Source of the DNA: an uncultured Poribacteria bacterium
GTDB lineage: Bacteria > Poribacteria > WGA-4E > WGA-3G
Length of the DNA stretch: 64,000 nucleotides
Reading direction: 5' to 3'
Assembly (NCBI GenBank): GCA_951813545.1
Contig: OX638352.1
Span: forward strand, 4,736,835-4,800,834
Positions 47,942-56,501 of this stretch are shown in pieces. Both the position numbers and the translations under genes were made by a program. Positions within the stretch are counted from its first letter, which is position 1. Every line of letters begins with the position of its first letter. The notes beneath the pieces were generated by a model. It saw only the letters and a list, made by a program, of their open reading frames with translations. It was not told the DNA's origin and did no database searches.

Positions 47942-48889
47942 ATGGATAAACTGAAAGTCTTAATTGGAAGTCGACAGGCACCAGAAATTGAGGGTATGCT
48001 GTCGGATGTCCCACCGGGTGTTGAGGTACGCTTTTTGCCACACGGTGAATCCTTGCGCGAACATATTGCTGACGTTGACATTTTGTTTGGACACCTTGGC
48101 GAAGATGCAATACCGGAAGCGACTGCGCTGCGTTGGGTGCACCAACCACACGCCGGTGTTGAAGGATTTATGTATCCTGCTTTCAAAGCGAGCGAGGTTA
48201 TACTCACCAACTGTCGTGGCTTGTACGGCACACAGATTGCAGAACACGCCTTCGCCCTACTTTTGTCCATCACCCGACGGATTCCTGACCAATTAGAATT
48301 TATGAAGACAAAGCATTGGGAGCGCGTTCCGTGTGTTGAAGTAGCGGGTATGACAATGGGCATCCTCGGATTAGGGGGCATCGGACGGGCGATTGCAGCA
48401 CGCGCACAGACGTTTGAATTTAATGTTATTGCTGCTGATGTAGAGCCGATTGACAAACCTGATACCGTGTCGGAACTCTTCGGTTTGGATGAATTAATGG
48501 CGTTTCTGGCGAAGTCGAACATCCTCATGGTATGTTGTCCGAGCACGCCTGAAACACATAAACTTCTATCACACGCACAGTTCAATCAGATGCCTGATGC
48601 CAGTTATGTCGTGAACGTCAGTCGTGGCAAGGTGATTGACGAAGAGGCGTTGATAGAAGCACTTCAGCGAGCGAAATTAGCAGGTGCGGGGTTGGACGTA
48701 ACGTATACGGAACCGTGTCCACCGGAAAGCCCGTTGTGGGAACAGCAGAATGTGATTTTAACTTCGCACAGCGCAGGTTCTTCGCAGCACATTCGGAGGC
48801 GTGCCATGCAACTTTTTATTGATAATCTGCATCTCTACGTGGAAGGTAAGCCTTTAGTCAATGTCGTTGATAAACAGAAGGGATACTAA
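47942..48889 (+). CDS. D-isomer-specific 2-hydroxyacid dehydrogenase family protein
   Basis: NAD-binding GILGLGGIGRAIAARA. Catalytic R/E/H context (NVSRG...HSAGSS). Confidence 0.8.
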   Translation: MDKLKVLIGSRQAPEIEGMLSDVPPGVEVRFLPHGESLREHIADVDILFGHLGEDAIPEATALRWVHQPHAGVEGFMYPAFKASEVILTNCRGLYGTQIAEHAFALLLSITRRIPDQLEFMKTKHWERVPCVEVAGMTMGILGLGGIGRAIAARAQTFEFNVIAADVEPIDKPDTVSELFGLDELMAFLAKSNILMVCCPSTPETHKLLSHAQFNQMPDASYVVNVSRGKVIDEEALIEALQRAKLAGAGLDVTYTEPCPPESPLWEQQNVILTSHSAGSSQHIRRRAMQLFIDNLHLYVEGKPLVNVVDKQKGY

Positions 48890-48914
48890 ATCACAACACA
48901 GAAATGGAGAGAAA

Positions 48915-49988
48915 ATGAGTCAGAAAACATATCGCGCCGCTGCCATCGGACATACCGGTGCCGGCAACTTTGGACATGGACTCCATACCCCATATAAAGA
49001 TATAGAGAACGTCGAATTTATCGCTGTCTCTGATCCGGATGAGGCTGGCAGAGAGAAGGCGGCAGCAGAAGCAGGAGCCTCGCGCAGCTACACCGATTAT
49101 CGGGATATGCTTGAGAAAGAGACGCTTGATCTTGTGAGTGTCTGCCCCCGCTGGACCTCGGAACATGTCGCTATGATAACCGCCTGTCTTGAGGCGGGAT
49201 GCAGCGTCTATTCCGAGAAACCGATGACGAGTACACTCGCAGACGGTGATAAGATTGTTGAGACAGCGGAAGCGCACGGTGTAAAGGTTGCTGTGGCGCA
49301 TCAGGCGGTCTATCTTCCTGCAACACACGCCATCAAGCAGATGCTTGACGATGGGAAAATTGGCACTATCCAAGCCATCTATGCCAGTGGTAAGCAAGAT
49401 AGGCGCGGCGGTGGTGAGGATATGATTGTCCTTGGCACGCACACGTTTAATATGATGCGTTTCTTCGTGGGTGATGTCGCATGGATGCAGTCACACGTCA
49501 CAACAAACGGCAAAGAGATTGCGTACGGTGACGACCATGAACCGACAGAACCTGTTGGACCGGTCGCGGGTGATTGCATTAACAGTTACTTCGCTTTCAA
49601 AAGCGGTGTCTCTGGATTTTTTCAGTCCCGGAGAGATCAGGCTGGCTCCGGCAGATACGGCATGGAAATTGTCGGTAGTGAAGGGACTTTCTCGCTCCGC
49701 GGTGATGTTGCGAACCGACTGATGGTCTATCCCTATCCGGTACTGGTGCCTGCAAATTCAGACCAAGAATGGGAAGCGATCGACTTAGACCAAACGCCTT
49801 TCTCCAGCGGCAATGAACTTGCTATCCGAGACCTTATCGACGCGATTGAGAATGACCGGAAACCGATTTCTGCTGCTGAAGACGCTGTCGCTGCATTAGA
49901 GATGATTCTCGGTGCTTATGAATCTCAATTGTCTGGCGGACGTGTCCCCTTCCCGATTGCGAACCGCGAGCACCCGTTAAGCAGATAA
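48915..49988 (+). CDS. Gfo/Idh/MocA-family oxidoreductase
   Basis: Start refined to ATG 48915, with a GGAGAG RBS. AAAIGHTGAGNFGHG Rossmann motif. The GFO_IDH_MocA C-terminal region follows. Confidence 0.8.
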   Translation: MSQKTYRAAAIGHTGAGNFGHGLHTPYKDIENVEFIAVSDPDEAGREKAAAEAGASRSYTDYRDMLEKETLDLVSVCPRWTSEHVAMITACLEAGCSVYSEKPMTSTLADGDKIVETAEAHGVKVAVAHQAVYLPATHAIKQMLDDGKIGTIQAIYASGKQDRRGGGEDMIVLGTHTFNMMRFFVGDVAWMQSHVTTNGKEIAYGDDHEPTEPVGPVAGDCINSYFAFKSGVSGFFQSRRDQAGSGRYGMEIVGSEGTFSLRGDVANRLMVYPYPVLVPANSDQEWEAIDLDQTPFSSGNELAIRDLIDAIENDRKPISAAEDAVAALEMILGAYESQLSGGRVPFPIANREHPLSR

Positions 49989-50005
49989 CCCTACATCCCT
50001 CCGTT

Positions 50006-50026
50006 GGCGGGGTTTTTAACCCCGCC
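50006..50026. terminator. GC hairpin between convergent genes; weak terminator
   Basis: GGCGGGGTT-TTT-AACCCCGCC. The stem is identical to the terminator at 26146..26166. There is no strong T-run on either side. Confidence 0.4.
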
Positions 50027-50091
50027 ATTCCAAGAACACCTTAATCGAAAACTAAAATATGTAGAGCGAGGTCTCCGTGCCTCGCGACTTC

Positions 50092-50808
50092 CTATGCCGG
50101 TATCATTTTCCGAACGCCATTTTCATAGCGGACCTGATAATCGGTACCCGGCACGTCCATTGCCCGGACGGCAAGCTCGCCGAATGTAATCAGTGGCTCA
50201 GAAAGTAGTAGCAGTTCATCGAGCGATTCGGTCGGTGTTTTGTCCGTTGTGTCCAGCACAATTTTGCGTCCACTCTGCGTAAACAGAGATTTGTCGATCT
50301 CCTCCTGAAACAGGCGATTAAGCGTCGGAATATCGGCTTCCTTGATAATCTGGTATTCGTGCGGATCTGTTTTCATCCGTTCCTTAATTGCCGCGTCACT
50401 GGCGGTGACGTGGATCATCACGACATCCGGCAATCGTGCTTCGATAACCTGCGTTTCATAGCCGCGCTGTGCATTGACGTGGTATCTGGGGTAATATGTG
50501 CTTTCTGGGTCATCCCCATAGAAGGACGAGTAAACGAGTTCCTCAATGTGCCACCCTGCGATCATAGTATTCGGATAGTTTTTTATCACCTCAACGTGAT
50601 ACTGGAGCTGCATCCTTTGCATCCGTTCTTTCACGTCGTCCGGGAAATTTATGTACGCCGCTCTTGATTCTGGGCTGAGCGTTGAATCAGGAATCGTGAA
50701 GTGATCATCAACGTGAACCCTCAATTTCCGATGCTGGTAATAGCCAGTTAATAGGTTAACTAATGTCGATTTTCCTGCATATTCGATACCGACAAAAATA
50801 CATCTCAT
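50092..50808 (-). CDS. P-loop NTPase, (deoxy)nucleoside/nucleotide-kinase-like
   Basis: Start refined to ATG 50808. The ORF-track N-terminal extension to 51258 overlaps a plus-strand gene and looks non-coding. Walker A IFVGIEYAGKSTLVNLL resembles dNK/dTMP-kinase P-loops. 238 aa. Confidence 0.5.
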   Translation of the reverse strand: MRCIFVGIEYAGKSTLVNLLTGYYQHRKLRVHVDDHFTIPDSTLSPESRAAYINFPDDVKERMQRMQLQYHVEVIKNYPNTMIAGWHIEELVYSSFYGDDPESTYYPRYHVNAQRGYETQVIEARLPDVVMIHVTASDAAIKERMKTDPHEYQIIKEADIPTLNRLFQEEIDKSLFTQSGRKIVLDTTDKTPTESLDELLLLSEPLITFGELAVRAMDVPGTDYQVRYENGVRKMIPA

Positions 50809-50985
50809 GAAAAAGACCTCGCTATTGAATAGATAGATGGACAACTTACTACACACTATGTTATATGTATCACGAAAGTAGAAAAATGTCAAATATCTAT
50901 TCCAATTTTTCGGTCGTCTTGACAATCGGACATTTGCAAGGTATAATAACTTTAATCTCAACGGCTTTAATACACGGAGGCACAG

Positions 50986-51255
50986 ATGGAAAAAAATCAG
51001 ACCGTCAAAATCCAAAATCCGGAATACGGAGACATCTATACTGCCCACATCGAAAAAAATGGTGCAGGGTGGATAGGACAGATACAAGAGGTTCCCGAAG
51101 TGCAGTGTGAAGGAAGCACGCCGGAAGCACTGCTCGAAATTCTCAAAACCGAACTCCACGAAGTCCTCATAGCTCGTGCTGATGCCTGGGATAAACAGAT
51201 CGAGGAAGATATAAAAGCCGGGCGACTCGATCATCTTTTGGCACCTGTTGGGTAG
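50986..51255 (+). CDS. HicB-like (UPF0150) antitoxin-fold protein with a C-terminal addiction-module-like tail
   Basis: GGAGG RBS 6 nt upstream. YTAHIEKNGAGWIGQIQEVPEVQCEGSTPEALLEILKTELHEVL matches the HicB/UPF0150 fold pattern. No HicA partner is adjacent. Confidence 0.5.
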   Translation: MEKNQTVKIQNPEYGDIYTAHIEKNGAGWIGQIQEVPEVQCEGSTPEALLEILKTELHEVLIARADAWDKQIEEDIKAGRLDHLLAPVG

Positions 51256-51393
51256 CAAGAGTCGGCATTAACTACCGAACCCTAGCACGCGAAGAAGATG
51301 GGATTCTCGTCTGGTTTTGGATTGGGAAACACGACGAATACATGCGATGCATCTAATAATAAAATTTTCCAAAACACCCCAAAATAACATACC

Positions 51394-52386
51394 ATGTTAA
51401 CAATCGGCAATCTCAATATCCCAGATTTTCCACTATTGCTCGCACCGATGGAAGATGTGAGCGACCCGCCTTTCCGCGCAGTCTGCAAAGAAAACGGCGC
51501 GGATCTCATGTACACCGAATTCATCTCCTCCGAGGCACTTATTCGTGACGCTGCGCCGAGTGTTGCCAAACTGGATATTTTTGAAGCCGAAAGACCCATC
51601 GGCATCCAAATCTTTGGGCACGACATCGATTCGATGCGCGCCTCTGTCGAGATCACCGAAAAGGTCCAACCTAACATCATCGACATTAACTATGGGTGCC
51701 CTGTCAAGAAAGTTACATGCAAAGGGGCAGGTGCCGGTATCCTACAAGACATACCGAAAATGGTGAAAATGACTACCGAAATGGTCAAAGCCACGCAGTT
51801 GCCCGTCACCGTCAAAACCCGTCTCGGCTGGGACGATAAAACAAAATACATTGTTGAGGTCGCCGAGCGGTTACAGGATGTCGGTATACAGGCTATCGCT
51901 ATTCACGGCAGAACTCGCCGACAGATGTATAAGGGGGACGCGGATTGGACGCTCATCGGTAAGATTAAGGATAATCCGCGCATAACTATCCCTGTCTTTG
52001 GCAACGGTGATGTTGATAGTCCTCAGAAAGCGGCAGAGATGCGGCGGCAATACGGTGTTGACGGCATTATGATCGGGCGCGCCGCGATTGGTTACCCGTG
52101 GATTTTCAATGAGATAAAACACTATTTCGCAACCGGTGAACTGCTTCCGTCCCCTTCAATAGATGAACGAATTGCTGTTTTCAGAAAACATCTTGATTTT
52201 TCCATAAAATGGAAGGGCTTAAAACTCGGGCTCGTTGAGATGCGCCGACACTATAGCAACTATTTTAAGGGCATCCCACACGTCAAACCCTTTCGCTATC
52301 GCCTCGTCACATGCGATAGTTACGACGGTGTTTTAGACATTGTGGCAGAACTCCGTGCGCATGCTTTGATGTTAGCTGCTGCATAG
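51394..52386 (+). CDS. dus: tRNA-dihydrouridine synthase
   Basis: LLLAPMEDVSDPPFRAVCKENGADLMYTEFISSEAL. FMN-binding TIM-barrel motifs (KVTCKGAGAG, HGRTR). Confidence 0.85.
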   Translation: MLTIGNLNIPDFPLLLAPMEDVSDPPFRAVCKENGADLMYTEFISSEALIRDAAPSVAKLDIFEAERPIGIQIFGHDIDSMRASVEITEKVQPNIIDINYGCPVKKVTCKGAGAGILQDIPKMVKMTTEMVKATQLPVTVKTRLGWDDKTKYIVEVAERLQDVGIQAIAIHGRTRRQMYKGDADWTLIGKIKDNPRITIPVFGNGDVDSPQKAAEMRRQYGVDGIMIGRAAIGYPWIFNEIKHYFATGELLPSPSIDERIAVFRKHLDFSIKWKGLKLGLVEMRRHYSNYFKGIPHVKPFRYRLVTCDSYDGVLDIVAELRAHALMLAAA

Positions 52387-52455
52387 CTGGAAGTCGGGCT
52401 TCGGAAATCCTTTCTACAGGAAAACTGAATCCTCCGAAGCAGCAGACAAAAACAC

Positions 52456-52484
52456 TTGACTTGAAAGCCACATGATATTATCAT
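52456..52484 (+). promoter_or_regulatory. Candidate sigma70 promoter for dapF-dapA
   Basis: TTGACT, a 17-bp spacer, then TATCAT, about 40 bp upstream of the dapF ATG. Confidence 0.35.
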
Positions 52485-52520
52485 ATATCAAAACTATATC
52501 TCTGCAGTAAAGGACCTGGA

Positions 52521-53345
52521 ATGGAAAAAATACCCTTTATGAAACTCAGCGGTGCAGGCAACGACTTCGTCATCATTAATAATCTGGCGGAAATCGTTGA
52601 TAGCACCGACACGAATTTTGTGCAAAAACTCTGCCAGCGTCGTATGTCGGTTGGGGCTGATGGTGTGCTTCTTGTTGAAAAAGCGGACGGCGTTGATTTT
52701 CGCATGCGCTATTTCAACGCTGATGGCGGTGAAGTAGAGACGTGTGGAAATGGCGCACGCTGTATTTCCAAGTTCGCTTATCTGAATGGGATCGCGTCTG
52801 AAAAAATGCGGTTTCTGACGAACGCTGGAATTTATGAATCCGAGATAGTGGGTACAAACGTTAAAGTCCGTATGAGCGATCCGACGGACATCCGACTAAA
52901 CGTTCCGCTCCATTTAGACGATGGGATGCATACCGTTGGGTTCGCGAACAGCGGCGTACCGCACGTCGTTTTCTTTGTAGAAGATTTGGAAGAAACAGAG
53001 GTCTTTGACTTAGGACAACAAACGCGTTATCACAACGATTTCAAACCTGATGGTACCAATGCGAATTTTATCCGTGTTCAATCCTCAGGGTTAATTGACA
53101 TCCGGACGTATGAACGTGGTGTTGAAGATGAGACGCTCGCCTGTGGCACAGGATCAATCGCCTCTGCTATTGTCGCTGCGACATTAGGCAAAGTCGTCTC
53201 ACCGGTTTCCGTTAAGACAGCGAGTGGAGTCGTTTTGAAGATTCATTTTGATGTGGAGAATGGCGCAGCGCAAAACGTATACCTTGAAGGCGACGCTCGC
53301 GTTATCTACGTCGGTGAACTCACAACAGACGCATGGGATTATTAA
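52521..53345 (+). CDS. dapF: Diaminopimelate epimerase
   Basis: MKLSGAGNDFVIINN N-terminus. Active-site ETCGNGARC and second catalytic Cys (LACGTGS). Confidence 0.9.
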   Translation: MEKIPFMKLSGAGNDFVIINNLAEIVDSTDTNFVQKLCQRRMSVGADGVLLVEKADGVDFRMRYFNADGGEVETCGNGARCISKFAYLNGIASEKMRFLTNAGIYESEIVGTNVKVRMSDPTDIRLNVPLHLDDGMHTVGFANSGVPHVVFFVEDLEETEVFDLGQQTRYHNDFKPDGTNANFIRVQSSGLIDIRTYERGVEDETLACGTGSIASAIVAATLGKVVSPVSVKTASGVVLKIHFDVENGAAQNVYLEGDARVIYVGELTTDAWDY

Positions 53346-53393
53346 AAGTAGCACGCACACGCCGTTGTGCCGTAGCCAGCAAGGAGGGTTTAC

Positions 53394-54269
53394 ATGTTTC
53401 AAGGCTCTTATGTTGCACTGGTCACACCATTTAAGGACGATGAATCGCTTGACGAAGCGAAACTCAAGGAACTGATTCAATTTCAGCTTGACGGCGGCAC
53501 ACATGGCATCGTCCCGTGTGGCACAACAGGTGAATCTCCTGCGCTGTCTGAGGCTGAACACGATAGGGTGATAGAACTCACAGTTGAGACTGTGAGTGGA
53601 CAGGTGCCTGTTATTGCGGGCACGGGTTCCAACTCGACGACACGCACCTTGCGCGCGACAGAACACGCTAAAGTCGCTGGTGCGGATGCCGCCCTGATTG
53701 TCACCCCCTATTACAACAAACCGACCCAAGAAGGGTTATATGCCCACTACATGAAAATCGCCGACACGGTGGACATCCCGATCGTTGTCTATAACGTTCC
53801 GGGACGGTGTGGGACTGACATCCTTTCACCTACCATCGCAAGGCTTGCAGAGCACCCAAACATCGTTGCACTTAAGGAAGCAACAGGTGAACTGAAACGC
53901 GCCAGCGAAGTCATCAACTTATGTCCCGATGACTTTGTTGTGCTTTCCGGCGATGATGTCAATACCCTACCGATTATGGCTGTCGGTGGTAAAGGTGTGA
54001 TTTCGGTTGTGGCGAACATCGCACCCGCAGATGTTGCGGAGATGTGTAATGCGTTCCACGCGGGGAATCTTGAACTCGCCCGCAAACTTCACTATAAAAC
54101 GTTGCCGCTGGCGGTTGACCTCTTTATTGAGACGAACCCAATTCCTGCGAAAACCGCGCTCCAGTTGATGGGCAAACTCAACGGGAAATTGCGACTGCCG
54201 CTTGTCCCGATGGTTCCCGCGAACCTTGAGTCCTTACGCAATACACTTTCGGAAACGGGTTTGATTTAG
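53394..54269 (+). CDS. dapA: 4-hydroxy-tetrahydrodipicolinate synthase
   Basis: VALVTPFKDDESLD ... GTHGIVPCGTTGESPALSEAEH. Schiff-base lysine context (ALKEATG). Confidence 0.9.
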   Translation: MFQGSYVALVTPFKDDESLDEAKLKELIQFQLDGGTHGIVPCGTTGESPALSEAEHDRVIELTVETVSGQVPVIAGTGSNSTTRTLRATEHAKVAGADAALIVTPYYNKPTQEGLYAHYMKIADTVDIPIVVYNVPGRCGTDILSPTIARLAEHPNIVALKEATGELKRASEVINLCPDDFVVLSGDDVNTLPIMAVGGKGVISVVANIAPADVAEMCNAFHAGNLELARKLHYKTLPLAVDLFIETNPIPAKTALQLMGKLNGKLRLPLVPMVPANLESLRNTLSETGLI

Positions 54270-54289
54270 TGAAAAAAGTGGAAGGTGCG

Positions 54290-54757
54290 ATGTTCCAATC
54301 GCTCCTTCTTCTTTTAATTGGGGGCATCAAAATGTCTGACGGTTCTATGGAACACATCCAAAACCGTGTGAATTCTGACCTGCGTCGTCAGTTTCGCTCT
54401 TTTCGTGGTTTTATAAAGAAACCTAAAAAGTCATGGTCTGCCGCTACCTTAAAGTGGTTTTCACTCTACAGCATTGGGATTTTGGCGGGCATGTGGGCTT
54501 TTATTCTTGACTGGACTAAACTGGAGCCGTGGATCGGATTCGTCGTGATTTCAGGAGTGATAGCGATTATTGTTGTGCCTATTCTATTCGTAGAGAACGC
54601 GCGTCTAATTGGTAAACCTCACAATGGACAACCCCGAATCAACAGCTATATCAATACCCTCATATTCATTGGGCTTGCTGTTGGGACCGCATTAGTAGGC
54701 TGGTTCGCAGGAACATCAGCGAGGCAGTTCATAGAGATTGTTACGTCCAGCCCGTAG
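54290..54757 (+). CDS. Small integral membrane protein (hypothetical)
   Basis: Three to four predicted TM helices. Start placed at ATG 54290, with a GGAAGG RBS. The GTG at 54269 is an alternative start. Confidence 0.4.
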   Translation: MFQSLLLLLIGGIKMSDGSMEHIQNRVNSDLRRQFRSFRGFIKKPKKSWSAATLKWFSLYSIGILAGMWAFILDWTKLEPWIGFVVISGVIAIIVVPILFVENARLIGKPHNGQPRINSYINTLIFIGLAVGTALVGWFAGTSARQFIEIVTSSP

Positions 54758-54802
54758 AATAATTGATCTTGTGAAATCCAACGAAAAGAATGGAGTCTAC
54801 TC

Positions 54803-55822
54803 ATGAGTGATTGGCAGTGGAAAAATCAAATAAAAAAGCGTGATGGTTATGTTTGTCGTCGATGTGGATTTGACAAAAATTTGCATGTCCATCACATTTT
54901 GCCTAAAGACAAATATCCTTACGAACAGGATTATCCTCCGAACGGACTTACGCTTTGTGGAAATTGTCATTCACTCCTGAAGGACAAAGAAGAGCAAACT
55001 GATCTCCGAGGGTTCTTCCCAGATGACCAAGAAATTGATGAACAACTAAAATATTTAAGCGAAAATGTGTCAATGAATGAAAGTCAGCGGGTACTTCTTG
55101 AAGGGAAAGAGGCACAAAGAATAAATAGGTCGGTGAAGTGTGAATTTCGATTAGGAAAGAAAAGATCCAAGCAGAAACAGTATGAATTAGCAATTTTTGC
55201 TTATGATAATGTTATCCATTTAAAATCAGATTTCGTTGAAGCGTACTATTATCGGGGAAAAGCAAAATATGAACTGAAACGGTATAAAGCTGCAATTTAT
55301 GATTATGACAACGCACTCCGGCTAAGACCTGATAATGTCAGTGTTTACTTCAATCGGGGTTTGGCGAAGTACGCCCTTGGACAATATAAGTCTGTGATTA
55401 CCGACTACAACATGGTCATCCGATTCACTCCGGATAATGTCAGTGCTTACTTCAATCGGGGTTTGGCGAAGTACAAATTAGGGCGACATGATACTGCGAT
55501 TATTGACTTTGACGAGGCGATTTCCCTCAAACCTGATTTTGCAAAAGCCTACTACTATCGCGGAAAAGCGAAGTATAAACAAGAATCACATGACGCTGCT
55601 ATTACTGACTTTGACGAAGTGATTCGTCTCAACACAGATTTTGCTGAAGCCTACCACTATCGTGGACTAGGGAAGTGCAAATTGGGGCAACATGATGCTG
55701 CTATAACCGACTATGATACCGCTAACAGACTCAACCCTGAAATCTGTTATTATGTCTTGCTTCAGAAGATATTCGGTTTGGATAGCTCTGTTATAAGGGA
55801 ACTTGCAGGCAATCCCAGTTAA
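54803..55822 (+). CDS. HNH endonuclease domain fused to about seven TPR repeats
   Basis: N-terminal CRRCGFDKNLHVHHILPKD...NGLTLCGNCH (HNH with a zinc ribbon). Repeated AYYYRGKAKYELKRYKAAIYDYDNALRLRPD-type TPR units. Confidence 0.65.
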   Translation: MSDWQWKNQIKKRDGYVCRRCGFDKNLHVHHILPKDKYPYEQDYPPNGLTLCGNCHSLLKDKEEQTDLRGFFPDDQEIDEQLKYLSENVSMNESQRVLLEGKEAQRINRSVKCEFRLGKKRSKQKQYELAIFAYDNVIHLKSDFVEAYYYRGKAKYELKRYKAAIYDYDNALRLRPDNVSVYFNRGLAKYALGQYKSVITDYNMVIRFTPDNVSAYFNRGLAKYKLGRHDTAIIDFDEAISLKPDFAKAYYYRGKAKYKQESHDAAITDFDEVIRLNTDFAEAYHYRGLGKCKLGQHDAAITDYDTANRLNPEICYYVLLQKIFGLDSSVIRELAGNPS

Positions 55823-55868
55823 TGCCTTTATACCGTGATATTCTCCGCCAGAGAAAGGTTATGCCGTA

Positions 55869-56474
55869 ATGAGTTATAGCAATTTCACGCTGGAATCAGC
55901 GTTAGCGACGTTTCAACTGGAAAAGGTTGAATCTGCAGGTACCTTTTCTAAGATAGAGCCGATCACTCCAAGTGACTATCTCACAACCGGATTGGCGAAA
56001 AAGGTAGCTCTGGCAGCTGCCATTGGAACCGAGAAAGCACGCTCCGAGCTAATTGTTGCCGACGTCCTTGTTGAACTCCGGGAAAAGTTTGAATACCGTA
56101 TTAGTTTCTTTTCAGGAATTGATTTTAATGTTGATCCTGAAAAAGACTTAACAGGGATTTGTGATTTTTTGGTAAGTCTGTCACCAGGACAACTTTTTTT
56201 AGAAGCACCTCTCATCATTCTTGTTGAGGCGAAGAAGGACGACCCGAAACTCGGTCTGGGGCAATGTGTTGCCGAGATGCTCGCTGCCCAACGTTTTAAT
56301 GCTGAAAAAGGGAATGACCTCCCTGCCGTTTACGGTGCTACCACGACAGGCACAGAGTGGCAGTTCCTCAAATTGGCGGGAAAGAACCTACAAATTGATA
56401 TGGAAATTTATCCGATTCAGCAGTGTGACAAAATTCTCGGTATCCTTTCCAGCATGGTAAACCAAGAGGCGTGA
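55869..56474 (+). CDS. Hypothetical protein with a PD-(D/E)xK nuclease-like core
   Basis: ICDFLVSL (Asp) then IILVEAKKD (E-x-K), with spacing typical of the restriction-endonuclease-like fold; 201 aa. Confidence 0.4.
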   Translation: MSYSNFTLESALATFQLEKVESAGTFSKIEPITPSDYLTTGLAKKVALAAAIGTEKARSELIVADVLVELREKFEYRISFFSGIDFNVDPEKDLTGICDFLVSLSPGQLFLEAPLIILVEAKKDDPKLGLGQCVAEMLAAQRFNAEKGNDLPAVYGATTTGTEWQFLKLAGKNLQIDMEIYPIQQCDKILGILSSMVNQEA

Positions 56475-56501
56475 AGGACATCCCTACCGCGAATCTCGTA
56501 C

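Noticed and set aside
47857-48585. 242-aa minus-strand ORF
   Set aside because: It is antisense to the 2-hydroxyacid dehydrogenase gene. Its Ser/Ala/Arg-rich low-complexity translation is typical of a GC-biased shadow ORF.
50865-51110. 81-aa plus-strand ORF upstream of and overlapping the HicB-like gene, considered as a HicA toxin
   Set aside because: It has no HicA-like double-stranded-RNA-binding fold pattern. It overlaps the HicB-like ORF out of frame and lacks an RBS.
50809-51258. N-terminal 150-aa extension of the ORF at 50092..51258
   Set aside because: The extension is low-complexity, Phe/Leu-rich, and overlaps the RBS-supported HicB-like gene on the opposite strand. A proper start with a Walker A motif lies at 50808.
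52387-52520. Lysine riboswitch (L-box) upstream of dapF-dapA
   Set aside because: The intergenic region is only about 134 bp. It lacks the conserved L-box helices, and a simple sigma70-like promoter explains it.
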